This document shows, piece after piece, positions 9,989-18,133 of a DNA stretch of 64,000 nt. The stretch lies in assembly GCA_964448085.1 (NCBI GenBank), contig CAYUUX010000003.1, positions 5,865 through 69,864 of the forward strand. The letters run 5' to 3'. The notes under the pieces were generated by a model, which saw only the letters and a program-made list of their open reading frames with translations, was not told the origin of the DNA and ran no database searches. Numbering within the stretch: position 1 is the first letter of the stretch; each line of letters starts with the position of its first letter. The DNA comes from an uncultured Gammaproteobacteria bacterium (lineage in GTDB: Bacteria; Patescibacteriota; Microgenomatia; UBA10105; UBA927). The position numbers and the translations under genes were made by a program.

Positions 9989-12202
9989 TTATGGTGATAT
10001 ATAGGAGGAAGAACCACCAGGATGCTGACAGTCGAGACAATACGTAGAGAGTGGATCACGAAGTACCTGGTGTTCCTGAGTTTCGACATTGTCGGTTTTG
10101 CCTCGGGGTGCAAGGTCTCCCGTAGATTTATCAATGGGAATAGATTGTTTGATTTGTTCGCGTTCCGTTGGTACTGTGCCTTTGATAAAATATTCAAAGC
10201 GTGTCGTACATCCTTTGGAATCTCCTTCCGCTGATGGGTTAGGTGGGAGCAGTCCACTCATGGTACAAATTTGGGCGCCAACAACTCCTTCGGGTTGTTT
10301 GGGCCAAATATCGGGTTTATCAAGGAGCGCCCTTCGCATGAGTTGATTCCATATGGGTGCCGCGCCAGTGACTCCAGATACAAGGTACCGATTCATAGGG
10401 GAATTATCGTTGTTGCCAACCCATGTTGCGACAAGTATTTGTGGAGTATATCCAATTGTCCAGTTGTCTCGAAGATCATCCGTCGTGCCGGTTTTGACAG
10501 AAACAGCTTTTCCTGGAATGACAAGATAGGAATTGGATCCGAACGCGTCTTGTCGTGCATTGTTATCAAGAAGCATGTGAGATATCAAAAATGCTGTTTC
10601 CTGTGATATGACTCGGTCGCCGCGGAGCAATAATTGCGACGGAACATCTTTGTCCATATTGGGATCCGTCCGTTCCTCAAGAACGATGCCGTCTTTATTG
10701 ACGACTTTTTTGATGGCAAAGAGATCCTTGCGGATGCCGCCGTTGGCAAACACACCGAATGCTACCGCCATATCGATCATCTGTACCTCTCCACCGCCAA
10801 GCGTTAACGAAAGCCCGTAATTATCAGGATTGGATATGGTATTGAGACCAAATGCGCTTGCCGATGCGACAAAATCCCGGACCGTATTGAGATAGAGCGT
10901 TTTGACAGCTGGAATATTATATGAATTGCCAAGCGCAAAGCGGACCTGCACGGGTCCGTGGAATTTAAAATCATAATTGTGCGGACAATATGTGGGTTGG
11001 TTGACTATGCCAAAACACGTGGGTACATCCAAAAACATAGTAGCCGGAGTAATAAGCTTGCGCTCGAGCGCAACGGCATAGTTGATCGGCTTGATGGAAG
11101 ATCCTGGTTGTCGGAGCGCTGTCGTAACGTTAAAACCGCCCGAAGGAGTGGCAAAGTAATCAACACTTCCAACCATCGCTAATATTTCTCCCGTTGCTGG
11201 ATTTGTAATGATGGCTGCACCGTTCGTTACCTGGGTATCTTGAAGATCTGCAACCTCAGATGATACTGTTGCTTGGGCGTATTCCTGAAGCGAAAGATCA
11301 AGCGTGGTATATACTTTTAGGCCGCCGCGTTCCACCATGTGTTCTCCGTATTTTTCAACAAGTTGCTCTTTGACATACATGACAAAATGCGGCGCTTGGA
11401 TATTTGCAGGTGGAATAAAGGTAATCGTTTCTTCTGCAGCACGACGAGCCTCTTCTTCGGTGATATATCCGTCTTCTTTCATGCGGCGCAACACGTCTTT
11501 TTGTCGTTGATTGGCAAGATCCGGATTGTTGCCGTAGGGTGAGTAAAGCGTTGGTGCTTGTGGCAGTCCCGCAAGTAGTGCTGCCTGCGCGAGAGTGAGT
11601 TGCTTAACAGGTTTACCGAAGAATTTTTCAGACGCGGTTGCAATACCCCATGCGGTACCCCCATAGGGAACTTGATTCAAATACATTTCAAGGATTTTAT
11701 CTTTTGAATATAAAAACTCGACCCATTGTGCCAGGAAAATTTCTTTCAGTTTGCGAGTGATGGTTCGTTGTGGGGTCAATAAAGCGGACTTAACGAGTTG
11801 TTGTGTAATCGTTGATCCACCCTGAAGCTGTTTTCCCATGACCGTAGCGCTGATAGCCCGAAGTATTCCACCGACAGGATTTATGCCTTGATGTCGATAG
11901 AAGTCTTTGTCCTCTATGGCAATGGTTGCCTGACGAACCGGCAGGGGAATTTCAGAAAGAGGAACGATTGTGCGGTTTTCGTCGGTAAATATGTCAAACA
12001 ATAGAACACCGTTGCGGTCGTAGATTTTGGTGGAAAGGGGTATGTCGTAAGTTCCCAACTTTGAAGGCGATGGGAGATCTTTTATGAAAACCATGTAAAA
12101 AAATATGATGATACAAAGCGGAAGAAGCCAATAAATATAAGGAAGATATTTGCCGATACGCAAAGTCACGATGGATGGCTTTTTGTTCTGCGTTTTTTTC
12201 AT
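9989..12202 (-). CDS. Second class A PBP (PBP1A paralog) with a C-terminal extension
   Basis: IAIEDKDFYRHQGI, RQPGSSIKP and SVKTGTT motifs. The likely start is MKKTQNKK; the ORF-track start at 12262 is upstream of it. Confidence 0.9.
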   Translation of the reverse strand: MKKTQNKKPSIVTLRIGKYLPYIYWLLPLCIIIFFYMVFIKDLPSPSKLGTYDIPLSTKIYDRNGVLLFDIFTDENRTIVPLSEIPLPVRQATIAIEDKDFYRHQGINPVGGILRAISATVMGKQLQGGSTITQQLVKSALLTPQRTITRKLKEIFLAQWVEFLYSKDKILEMYLNQVPYGGTAWGIATASEKFFGKPVKQLTLAQAALLAGLPQAPTLYSPYGNNPDLANQRQKDVLRRMKEDGYITEEEARRAAEETITFIPPANIQAPHFVMYVKEQLVEKYGEHMVERGGLKVYTTLDLSLQEYAQATVSSEVADLQDTQVTNGAAIITNPATGEILAMVGSVDYFATPSGGFNVTTALRQPGSSIKPINYAVALERKLITPATMFLDVPTCFGIVNQPTYCPHNYDFKFHGPVQVRFALGNSYNIPAVKTLYLNTVRDFVASASAFGLNTISNPDNYGLSLTLGGGEVQMIDMAVAFGVFANGGIRKDLFAIKKVVNKDGIVLEERTDPNMDKDVPSQLLLRGDRVISQETAFLISHMLLDNNARQDAFGSNSYLVIPGKAVSVKTGTTDDLRDNWTIGYTPQILVATWVGNNDNSPMNRYLVSGVTGAAPIWNQLMRRALLDKPDIWPKQPEGVVGAQICTMSGLLPPNPSAEGDSKGCTTRFEYFIKGTVPTEREQIKQSIPIDKSTGDLAPRGKTDNVETQEHQVLRDPLSTYCLDCQHPGGSSSYISP

Positions 12203-12237
12203 AGTCCCTATTATAATAGATAGGCAATCATACAAAT

Positions 12238-12891
12238 ATGTCCCACTCAGATGAGATAACAATTGAACATTATATACCCGAAACGGCTGAATATGCGATA
12301 CGCCGGTTCGGTTCTGAATTTTTTGTCTGCGCTGGTGGGGTTAAGGGAGAAGAAATGTGGGAGTTGGCAAGGCTTGCGGCCGAGACCGCGCTGTGGGGAT
12401 ATCGGGAGATTAGAACACGGGCATGCTATTGGAAAAACAAAAAAATATTAATCGAACGCATACTACGGACGACAAATACCTGCATATGGCAAAAGAAGAA
12501 AAGGGGAGTAAATAGAGGTGGTGTATTGCCGGAATGCACTGTTGGAGTCATAGGTGTTCGATCCATGTGGATTGGATATGTTGGAGATGTACAGATATTG
12601 GAGCGAAGAGGAGACGGGGAAAGACGCATTTTGGACAAACACGACAACAACGGGAAAGTTTCCCGAAGCCAATTGGGGCAAGAACGGTATGTGCGGAAGT
12701 TTTCCGTAATTTCACTTCCGTTCGATGGAAAAGATACGGTCGTTATCGTGCAGGGTAAAAACACGAACCTTGGAACGAGAGAGCTTGACGGGATTTGCTC
12801 ACTTGAAGCACGGGAACGGAATACATTGGCTGACGCTTCACATAACGCGATTATATTGATACATTCTGCACAACAACCCACAAGCGTTTGA
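12238..12891 (+). CDS. Hypothetical protein
   Basis: 217-aa ORF with no recognisable motif. It may be non-coding. Confidence 0.25.
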   Translation: MSHSDEITIEHYIPETAEYAIRRFGSEFFVCAGGVKGEEMWELARLAAETALWGYREIRTRACYWKNKKILIERILRTTNTCIWQKKKRGVNRGGVLPECTVGVIGVRSMWIGYVGDVQILERRGDGERRILDKHDNNGKVSRSQLGQERYVRKFSVISLPFDGKDTVVIVQGKNTNLGTRELDGICSLEARERNTLADASHNAIILIHSAQQPTSV

Positions 12892-12929
12892 AGATCTTGC
12901 AACAGCAACAGATATACTATACTAGTAGT

Positions 12930-13961
12930 ATGCAATTACCATCTGTCAGAGAAATTCCCAACGCATCGCATGTTGTGTTGCGTCTTGATCTGGACGTGCC
13001 GGTAAAAAATGGCGTCGTGACAGATGATAGGCGTCTGCAAAAATCTCTATCCACAATAGTGCTGTTACTGGAAAAACAGTGTAAGATTGTTGTTCTCGGG
13101 CATATGGGGCGTCCAAAAACCAGGGAAGAACAATACTCTTTACGACCGGTATATACGCATTTGTTGGATCTAATGCGTGGGAAACGGGCGCAAGAAATAC
13201 AAAGCGTGTTTCTTGATGGAATTGATGATCGGAAACGCGTTGAGGATGCAGTGCAAAGTCATGATATTGTATGTGTCGAGAATGTGCGATATTGGACTGG
13301 AGAAGAACAAAACGATCCAACGTTCCTTGCAAACATTCTTAATGCAACGGATAGTTTTGTGAACGACGCCACAGCGGTTGCTCACAGGAGACATGCTTCC
13401 GTTATGTTGCATACTCAATTACCGACGTATTATGGTCTTTCTTTTATTGAGGAAATAGAAAAGATTATAAGCGTTATCGATCACCCCAAAAAGCCGATAA
13501 CGATACTTTTGGGTGGTGCGAAGAAAGACAAATTGTCATACGTTGCCGATTTGCTGGATATTGCTGACCATATAGATTTGGGGGGAAAACTTCCCATCCT
13601 TATACGGGAAGAGCCACAATTTCCACACAGTGACAAAGTGTACGTTGCAGGACTTCGGGAAGACGCCTTGGATCTTTGTGATAACGATGTTTTTGTAATA
13701 AAAAGCCACATTGCACAGGCGCAGACCGTGCTCTGGGTGGGTGCAATGGGATTTTACGAAAACGAAAGTGCACAAAAGGGAACGAATGAAATTGCAAAAG
13801 CAGTTGCAGAAAGTAATGCATTCACCATTGTTGCGGGAGGTGACACGGAGGCATCCATTGCCTCCCTTGGATACAATGACAAAATCGGTCTTATTGCTTC
13901 GGGTGGTGGTATGTTGTTGGAGTTATTAACGAAAAAATCACTTCCTGCATGGACTGTGTAA
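12930..13961 (+). CDS. pgk: Phosphoglycerate kinase (short form)
   Basis: N-terminal VVLRLDLDVP...NG.VTDD.R and LGHMGRPK. C-terminal AGGDTEA...GGGMLLELL. Confidence 0.8.
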   Translation: MQLPSVREIPNASHVVLRLDLDVPVKNGVVTDDRRLQKSLSTIVLLLEKQCKIVVLGHMGRPKTREEQYSLRPVYTHLLDLMRGKRAQEIQSVFLDGIDDRKRVEDAVQSHDIVCVENVRYWTGEEQNDPTFLANILNATDSFVNDATAVAHRRHASVMLHTQLPTYYGLSFIEEIEKIISVIDHPKKPITILLGGAKKDKLSYVADLLDIADHIDLGGKLPILIREEPQFPHSDKVYVAGLREDALDLCDNDVFVIKSHIAQAQTVLWVGAMGFYENESAQKGTNEIAKAVAESNAFTIVAGGDTEASIASLGYNDKIGLIASGGGMLLELLTKKSLPAWTV

Positions 13962-14005
13962 TCGTTTTTGTTTTTCTCTTATACAAGAAGGTATAGAATA
14001 GAACT

Positions 14006-15046
14006 ATGAAGAAAAAGCTTCGCATTGGTATCAATGGATTTGGAAGGATTGGAACTGTTGTCCTACGCGCTATTTTAGCTGAAGCGTATAACGTAGAAGT
14101 TGCTGCAATCAATACAAAAGGAACAATGGAAGCTGAAAGCTTAGCGCTGCAATTTAAATACGATTCCGTGTATGGAAGGGCACCTGTGCGCGTTTCATCA
14201 AGTGGACCAGATAAAGCAGCGGAGATTGGTATTCTTCACGTTGGTAACGAACATATACCGCTTCTTGGGGAATTGGTTCCTGAAAGAATCCCCTGGGGCG
14301 AATATGGTACAGACATAGTGCTCGAATGCACTGGGAAATTTACCAATACCGCCGCATTGGGACATATGACCGGTGGTGCAAAAAAAGTAATCATTTCCGC
14401 GCCCCCGAAAGATGAAAAAATTCCCGTGTATATCCTTGGAGTAAACGAATCTGCATATCAGGGGGAAACATTAGTTTCCAACGGATCATGCACCACGAAT
14501 TGCGTCGCTCCAATTGTAAAACTGATAGACGAAAAAATAGGGTTTCAAGAGGGCGTATTGACGACCATTCATGCCTATACTACAAATCAGAGTATTGTTG
14601 ATGGTGCCGGAAAAGATCCACGCCGCGCACGTGCAGGAGCTATGAATATAGTTCCCACGGCAACGGGTGCTGCAGAGGCGGTTATTGCCGCATACCCGCG
14701 GGCAAAGGGGAGATTTGCGGGTTCAGCTATACGTGTCCCTGTTGTCTGTGGTTCTTATTCAGACCTGACGTTTAAAGCGGTTCGAAAAACCACCATTGAT
14801 GAGGTGAATGCAATTTTTGAAGAGGCGTGCACATCGTCGGAATTGGTTGGGAAAATGAAAGTAACGTACGATCCAATCGTATCTTCAGATATTATCGGTG
14901 ATAATGCGTCTTGTATCATAGATACCCGGATGACAAAAGTTGTTTCAGACGACATGATTTCCATAGGAGCTTGGTATGATAACGAATACGGATATTCTTG
15001 TCGCCTCATAGAACTCGCGATGTATATGGCGGCGTTTAATAAGTAA
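14006..15046 (+). CDS. gap: Glyceraldehyde-3-phosphate dehydrogenase
   Basis: INGFGRIGT NAD-binding motif and the catalytic SNGSCTTNCVAP. Confidence 0.9.
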   Translation: MKKKLRIGINGFGRIGTVVLRAILAEAYNVEVAAINTKGTMEAESLALQFKYDSVYGRAPVRVSSSGPDKAAEIGILHVGNEHIPLLGELVPERIPWGEYGTDIVLECTGKFTNTAALGHMTGGAKKVIISAPPKDEKIPVYILGVNESAYQGETLVSNGSCTTNCVAPIVKLIDEKIGFQEGVLTTIHAYTTNQSIVDGAGKDPRRARAGAMNIVPTATGAAEAVIAAYPRAKGRFAGSAIRVPVVCGSYSDLTFKAVRKTTIDEVNAIFEEACTSSELVGKMKVTYDPIVSSDIIGDNASCIIDTRMTKVVSDDMISIGAWYDNEYGYSCRLIELAMYMAAFNK

Positions 15047-15061
15047 TGTTTGTGGGCAACG

Positions 15062-15649
15062 CTAAACAGCTGAAGAAAAAAAATATTTTCTCACAAAACG
15101 AATTTGTTCTTCTGTATATCCCAGTTGAGAAAGAAGCTCCTGTATCTCTGCTTTGGATTTGCCTTGATTTGTCATTGATTGTGTAATTTGCAGGATCATT
15201 TCTGTGGGTTCGTAGGGGAATAAAATCCATTGTGTGGTTTCCTTGGCAAAATAATCAGGGCGGTATACGGAGTGTGCTTTGTAAAACATCGTAACGACAC
15301 GTATGCTTGCCGGTTTAAAGCGTTTAAGGTAGCCAGTTGCACGAACAAGCGTTTTTCCGGAATCAGCAACATCGTCAACAAGAAGAACGTGTTTGTTCAC
15401 AATACGAGTTTTGAGCGGTTCCGTTATGCTCACCTCACCTTGGGTTTGGATATCCGTGTAGCTTTGAATGGCGAATGTAGCAACTGGTTTTCGGAGAAAG
15501 TCTGATAATATATGCCCCAACGTTAATCCTCCCCGGGAGATCGCGACGATTTGATCAACACCGGTTGAGTGGGATAGTATGGAGGCCGCAAGTTTCCTCG
15601 CTAAGTCATGATAGGTATTCCAGGATATGGGGAGGTATTGAATGGGCAT
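15062..15649 (-). CDS. Purine phosphoribosyltransferase (type I PRTase, Hpt/Xpt-like)
   Basis: PRPP-binding motif VLLVDDVADSGKTL and ~190 aa size. Confidence 0.65.
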   Translation of the reverse strand: MPIQYLPISWNTYHDLARKLAASILSHSTGVDQIVAISRGGLTLGHILSDFLRKPVATFAIQSYTDIQTQGEVSITEPLKTRIVNKHVLLVDDVADSGKTLVRATGYLKRFKPASIRVVTMFYKAHSVYRPDYFAKETTQWILFPYEPTEMILQITQSMTNQGKSKAEIQELLSQLGYTEEQIRFVRKYFFSSAV

Positions 15650-15670
15650 ATCTTAGTATCTCGTTTATAC

Positions 15671-15698
15671 TTGACGCTTGTCAATTGCGTTCTATAAT
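15671..15698 (+). promoter_or_regulatory. Sigma70-type promoter (TTGACG, 16-nt spacer, TATAAT) driving a leaderless transcript
   Basis: TTGACG at 15671-15676 and TATAAT at 15693-15698. The ATG of the next gene is at 15706, only ~8 nt past the -10 box, with no SD sequence. Confidence 0.5.
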
Positions 15699-15705
15699 GG
15701 GGTAC

Positions 15706-16317
15706 ATGAATATCCAACAAACAAGTAAACTCAAGTACGCAAGTATTGCCATATCTGGACGACCCGGGGCAGGGAGATCGACGCTTCTGAAGAATTTGAA
15801 GCCCATTGTTGAAGCATTGGGATGGGAGACGTTTTCCGGAGGGGATTGGGCAAGACAATTTGCTGTGAAAGCTGGGAAACACAATGCGAGCGATCCAACA
15901 CACCATAAAGCAACGGATTATTCTGACGAAATTGATCATCAGATTGATGCGGCGATGCGGGAAAAATTATCAGATCCCAACACACACGTAGCTGTAGAAT
16001 CTTGGATAGCGGGATGGAATATGAGAGGGTTGCCACATGTATTGAAAGTGCTTCTTATGTGTGATGACGCACTTCGAATTGATCGCGTGGTGAATAGGGA
16101 TAATTTGAGTGTGGATGAAGCAAAACAACACCTTCGCGTGCGGGAAGAAGCAAATTTGGGGAAATGGAAAAGAATGTATGACGCAACGGACTATTGGGAT
16201 CCGAAGTATTATGATTTAGTTATCAATACGTATTCTCATGGACCAAAAGAAACAGTAAATCTTGTTTTGCAGGCGCTTGGGTATTTTGCAGCAAATGGGC
16301 AAGATAAAGAAAGTTAA
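15706..16317 (+). CDS. P-loop nucleotide/nucleoside kinase (cytidylate-kinase-like)
   Basis: Walker A IAISGRPGAGRSTL near the N-terminus and ~200 aa size. Confidence 0.5.
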   Translation: MNIQQTSKLKYASIAISGRPGAGRSTLLKNLKPIVEALGWETFSGGDWARQFAVKAGKHNASDPTHHKATDYSDEIDHQIDAAMREKLSDPNTHVAVESWIAGWNMRGLPHVLKVLLMCDDALRIDRVVNRDNLSVDEAKQHLRVREEANLGKWKRMYDATDYWDPKYYDLVINTYSHGPKETVNLVLQALGYFAANGQDKES

Positions 16318-16321
16318 CAGA

Positions 16322-16897
16322 ATGATACCTTCAGGTGAAACGATTGCCAAACTGTGGGATGTTCACGGGCTTCCGGAAGAAAAAAAACACCATTGCGGGT
16401 TAGTTGCTGGTTTAGCAATGTATATTGTGGAGCAAATACAGGAAAAACAAGCGATAGCGATTCAAAAAAACCTCGTGTACGCAAGCGCGCTTCTCCATGA
16501 TATTGATAAAAAAATGGAAAACCTGCCGGGTGAACAACACCCGGATGCTGCGGTGCGTATGTTAACCGAGCTTGGAATGCAGGAAATTGCTCGCATGGTA
16601 CAATCACACCCGCTTCACGCGATTCTTGATGAGCGTATTGCCCCAAAAACAATAGAGGAAAAGATACTTTTCTTGTCCGATAAAATGGTCAAACACGACG
16701 TTATATCCGTCGAGGAACGATTCCGATTGTGGGAAAAGGAATCGCTTGACGAACACGGGAGAAGCGTTTTAGTCAGGGCGTATCCGAAAGTGAAGCAGTT
16801 GGAGCGTATATTATTGGGTATGATGCAGTTGCGTAGTGATGAAGTGATATTGGGATGCAAAACCAGTATACTAACAGAAGGAGGAAGTGTTTTATGA
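16322..16897 (+). CDS. HD-domain phosphohydrolase
   Basis: His...HD metal-binding pattern (HHCG ... LLHDIDK). Confidence 0.5.
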   Translation: MIPSGETIAKLWDVHGLPEEKKHHCGLVAGLAMYIVEQIQEKQAIAIQKNLVYASALLHDIDKKMENLPGEQHPDAAVRMLTELGMQEIARMVQSHPLHAILDERIAPKTIEEKILFLSDKMVKHDVISVEERFRLWEKESLDEHGRSVLVRAYPKVKQLERILLGMMQLRSDEVILGCKTSILTEGGSVL

Positions 16898-17448
16898 AAA
16901 ATCGAATACTAATAGTATTTGTTTTATGTTTATTTTCGCTTTCGGCTCGATTAAACATTGTACGCGCCGCGGATACAGTACCATTGTCATCTGGTGTTGC
17001 GGCGGAGGAAAAAATTGAATACACACTTCCGTATCCGGGAATTCTTCCGGATCACCCCTTATACTCAATCAAGCGTTTTCGTGATTATGTTCTAGAATTA
17101 GTGATTGCAGATCCGGTTCGGAAGGCGGAATTTTATATATTACAGGGAGACAAACGGTTACAAATGGGTATCATGCTTCATGCGAACAAAAAAGATGTTC
17201 TTGCCGAAACCACGATTTCCAAAGGCGAAAAGTATTTAGGGAAGGCAATAGATATGCTTGTATCGTACAAGAAAAATTCTGGAACCATACCGGAATATAT
17301 TGTTGAAAAGATACAAAAGTCATTGCAAAAACATGGAGAAGAGATAACGGTTTTGTTGCAAAATGTTTCGGAGGCACAAAAACGAGGATTAACAGAGTCA
17401 TTACAATACATCCAATCGTTGCAGAAGGAAATAGAAAAGCTTAAATAA
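16894..17448 (+). CDS. Secreted hypothetical protein (LPYPGILPDHPLY motif, DUF5667-like)
   Basis: Signal peptide MKNRILIVFVLCLFSLSA. The conserved N-terminal motif YTLPYPGILPDHPLYSIK is recurrent in CPR proteins. The C-terminal half is coiled-coil-like. Confidence 0.4.
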   Translation: MKNRILIVFVLCLFSLSARLNIVRAADTVPLSSGVAAEEKIEYTLPYPGILPDHPLYSIKRFRDYVLELVIADPVRKAEFYILQGDKRLQMGIMLHANKKDVLAETTISKGEKYLGKAIDMLVSYKKNSGTIPEYIVEKIQKSLQKHGEEITVLLQNVSEAQKRGLTESLQYIQSLQKEIEKLK

Positions 17449-17575
17449 CTGGATGTGTTCAGGGAAATGAATACATTCTTTTTGTTATTTCTTGATATTC
17501 TCCGAAGAATTTCTTCATGGAGTTAAAAAAGAAGCTGGGAGAAAAATTGACTGTTTTTGATATAGTAATTCTCTA

Positions 17576-17604
17576 TTGACCACCCCTAATTAGTGTTCTA
17601 CACT
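17576..17604 (+). promoter_or_regulatory. Candidate promoter of nrdR-nrdJ (TTGACC, 17-nt spacer, TACACT)
   Basis: TTGACC at 17576-17581, a 17-nt spacer, then TACACT at 17599-17604. Confidence 0.4.
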
Positions 17605-17612
17605 CGATGAGT

Positions 17613-17627
17613 GCACCATATATAGCG
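17613..17627 (+). promoter_or_regulatory. NrdR-box-like palindrome at the predicted TSS
   Basis: gcaCcATATATaGcg resembles the NrdR box consensus acaCwAtATaTwGtgt. It lies immediately downstream of the -10 box and ~35 nt upstream of the nrdR ATG. Confidence 0.4.
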
Positions 17628-17660
17628 TTTTATTTTTCACAGCTCTATTCACACGACACT

Positions 17661-18107
17661 ATGAAATGCCCGTATTGTGACCATAAGGATACCGATGTTT
17701 TGGAGACGCGGGATAGTGAAGACCTCTCCGTGACCAGGAGAAGACGGACATGTCCGAAATGCGATAAACGATTCACTACCTATGAGCGAGTTGAGCATGT
17801 TCCAATCACCGTTATCAAAAAAGACAAACGGCGCGAAACGTTTGACAGAGAAAAACTCAGTCGTGGAATATGGAGAGCAAGTGGAAAAACAACGTTGTCC
17901 GCAGACGATGTCAATAGAATTGTTGACGAGGTTGAGCGCGAGATTATAATCGGTGACAAGAATGAAGTGGAAAGCAAAACGATCGGTGAGCTTGTTGCAA
18001 AACGGCTGAAAAAGCTGGATAAAATTGCCTATATCAGATTTTCTAGCGTCTTTAAACAATTTGTAGACATAGAAGATTTGGCAAAGGAAGTAAAAAAAAT
18101 TAGTTGA
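17661..18107 (+). CDS. nrdR: Transcriptional repressor NrdR (zinc ribbon + ATP-cone)
   Basis: MKCPYC...RRRTCPKCDKRFTTYE zinc ribbon followed by an ATP-cone-sized region. Confidence 0.85.
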   Translation: MKCPYCDHKDTDVLETRDSEDLSVTRRRRTCPKCDKRFTTYERVEHVPITVIKKDKRRETFDREKLSRGIWRASGKTTLSADDVNRIVDEVEREIIIGDKNEVESKTIGELVAKRLKKLDKIAYIRFSSVFKQFVDIEDLAKEVKKIS

Positions 18108-18133
18108 CCTGTCAGCACAAAGGAGAATGTTCT

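Noticed and set aside
9760-10257. 165-aa minus-strand ORF spanning the junction of the two PBP genes
   Set aside because: It overlaps the 3' end of the second PBP gene in another frame and runs through the 50-bp intergenic gap. It has no motifs.
12888-12929. N-terminal extension of pgk (MKILQQQQIYYTSS)
   Set aside because: PGK homology begins at the second Met (MQLPSVREI...), and the Gln-rich extension is absent from PGKs. The start was moved to 12930.
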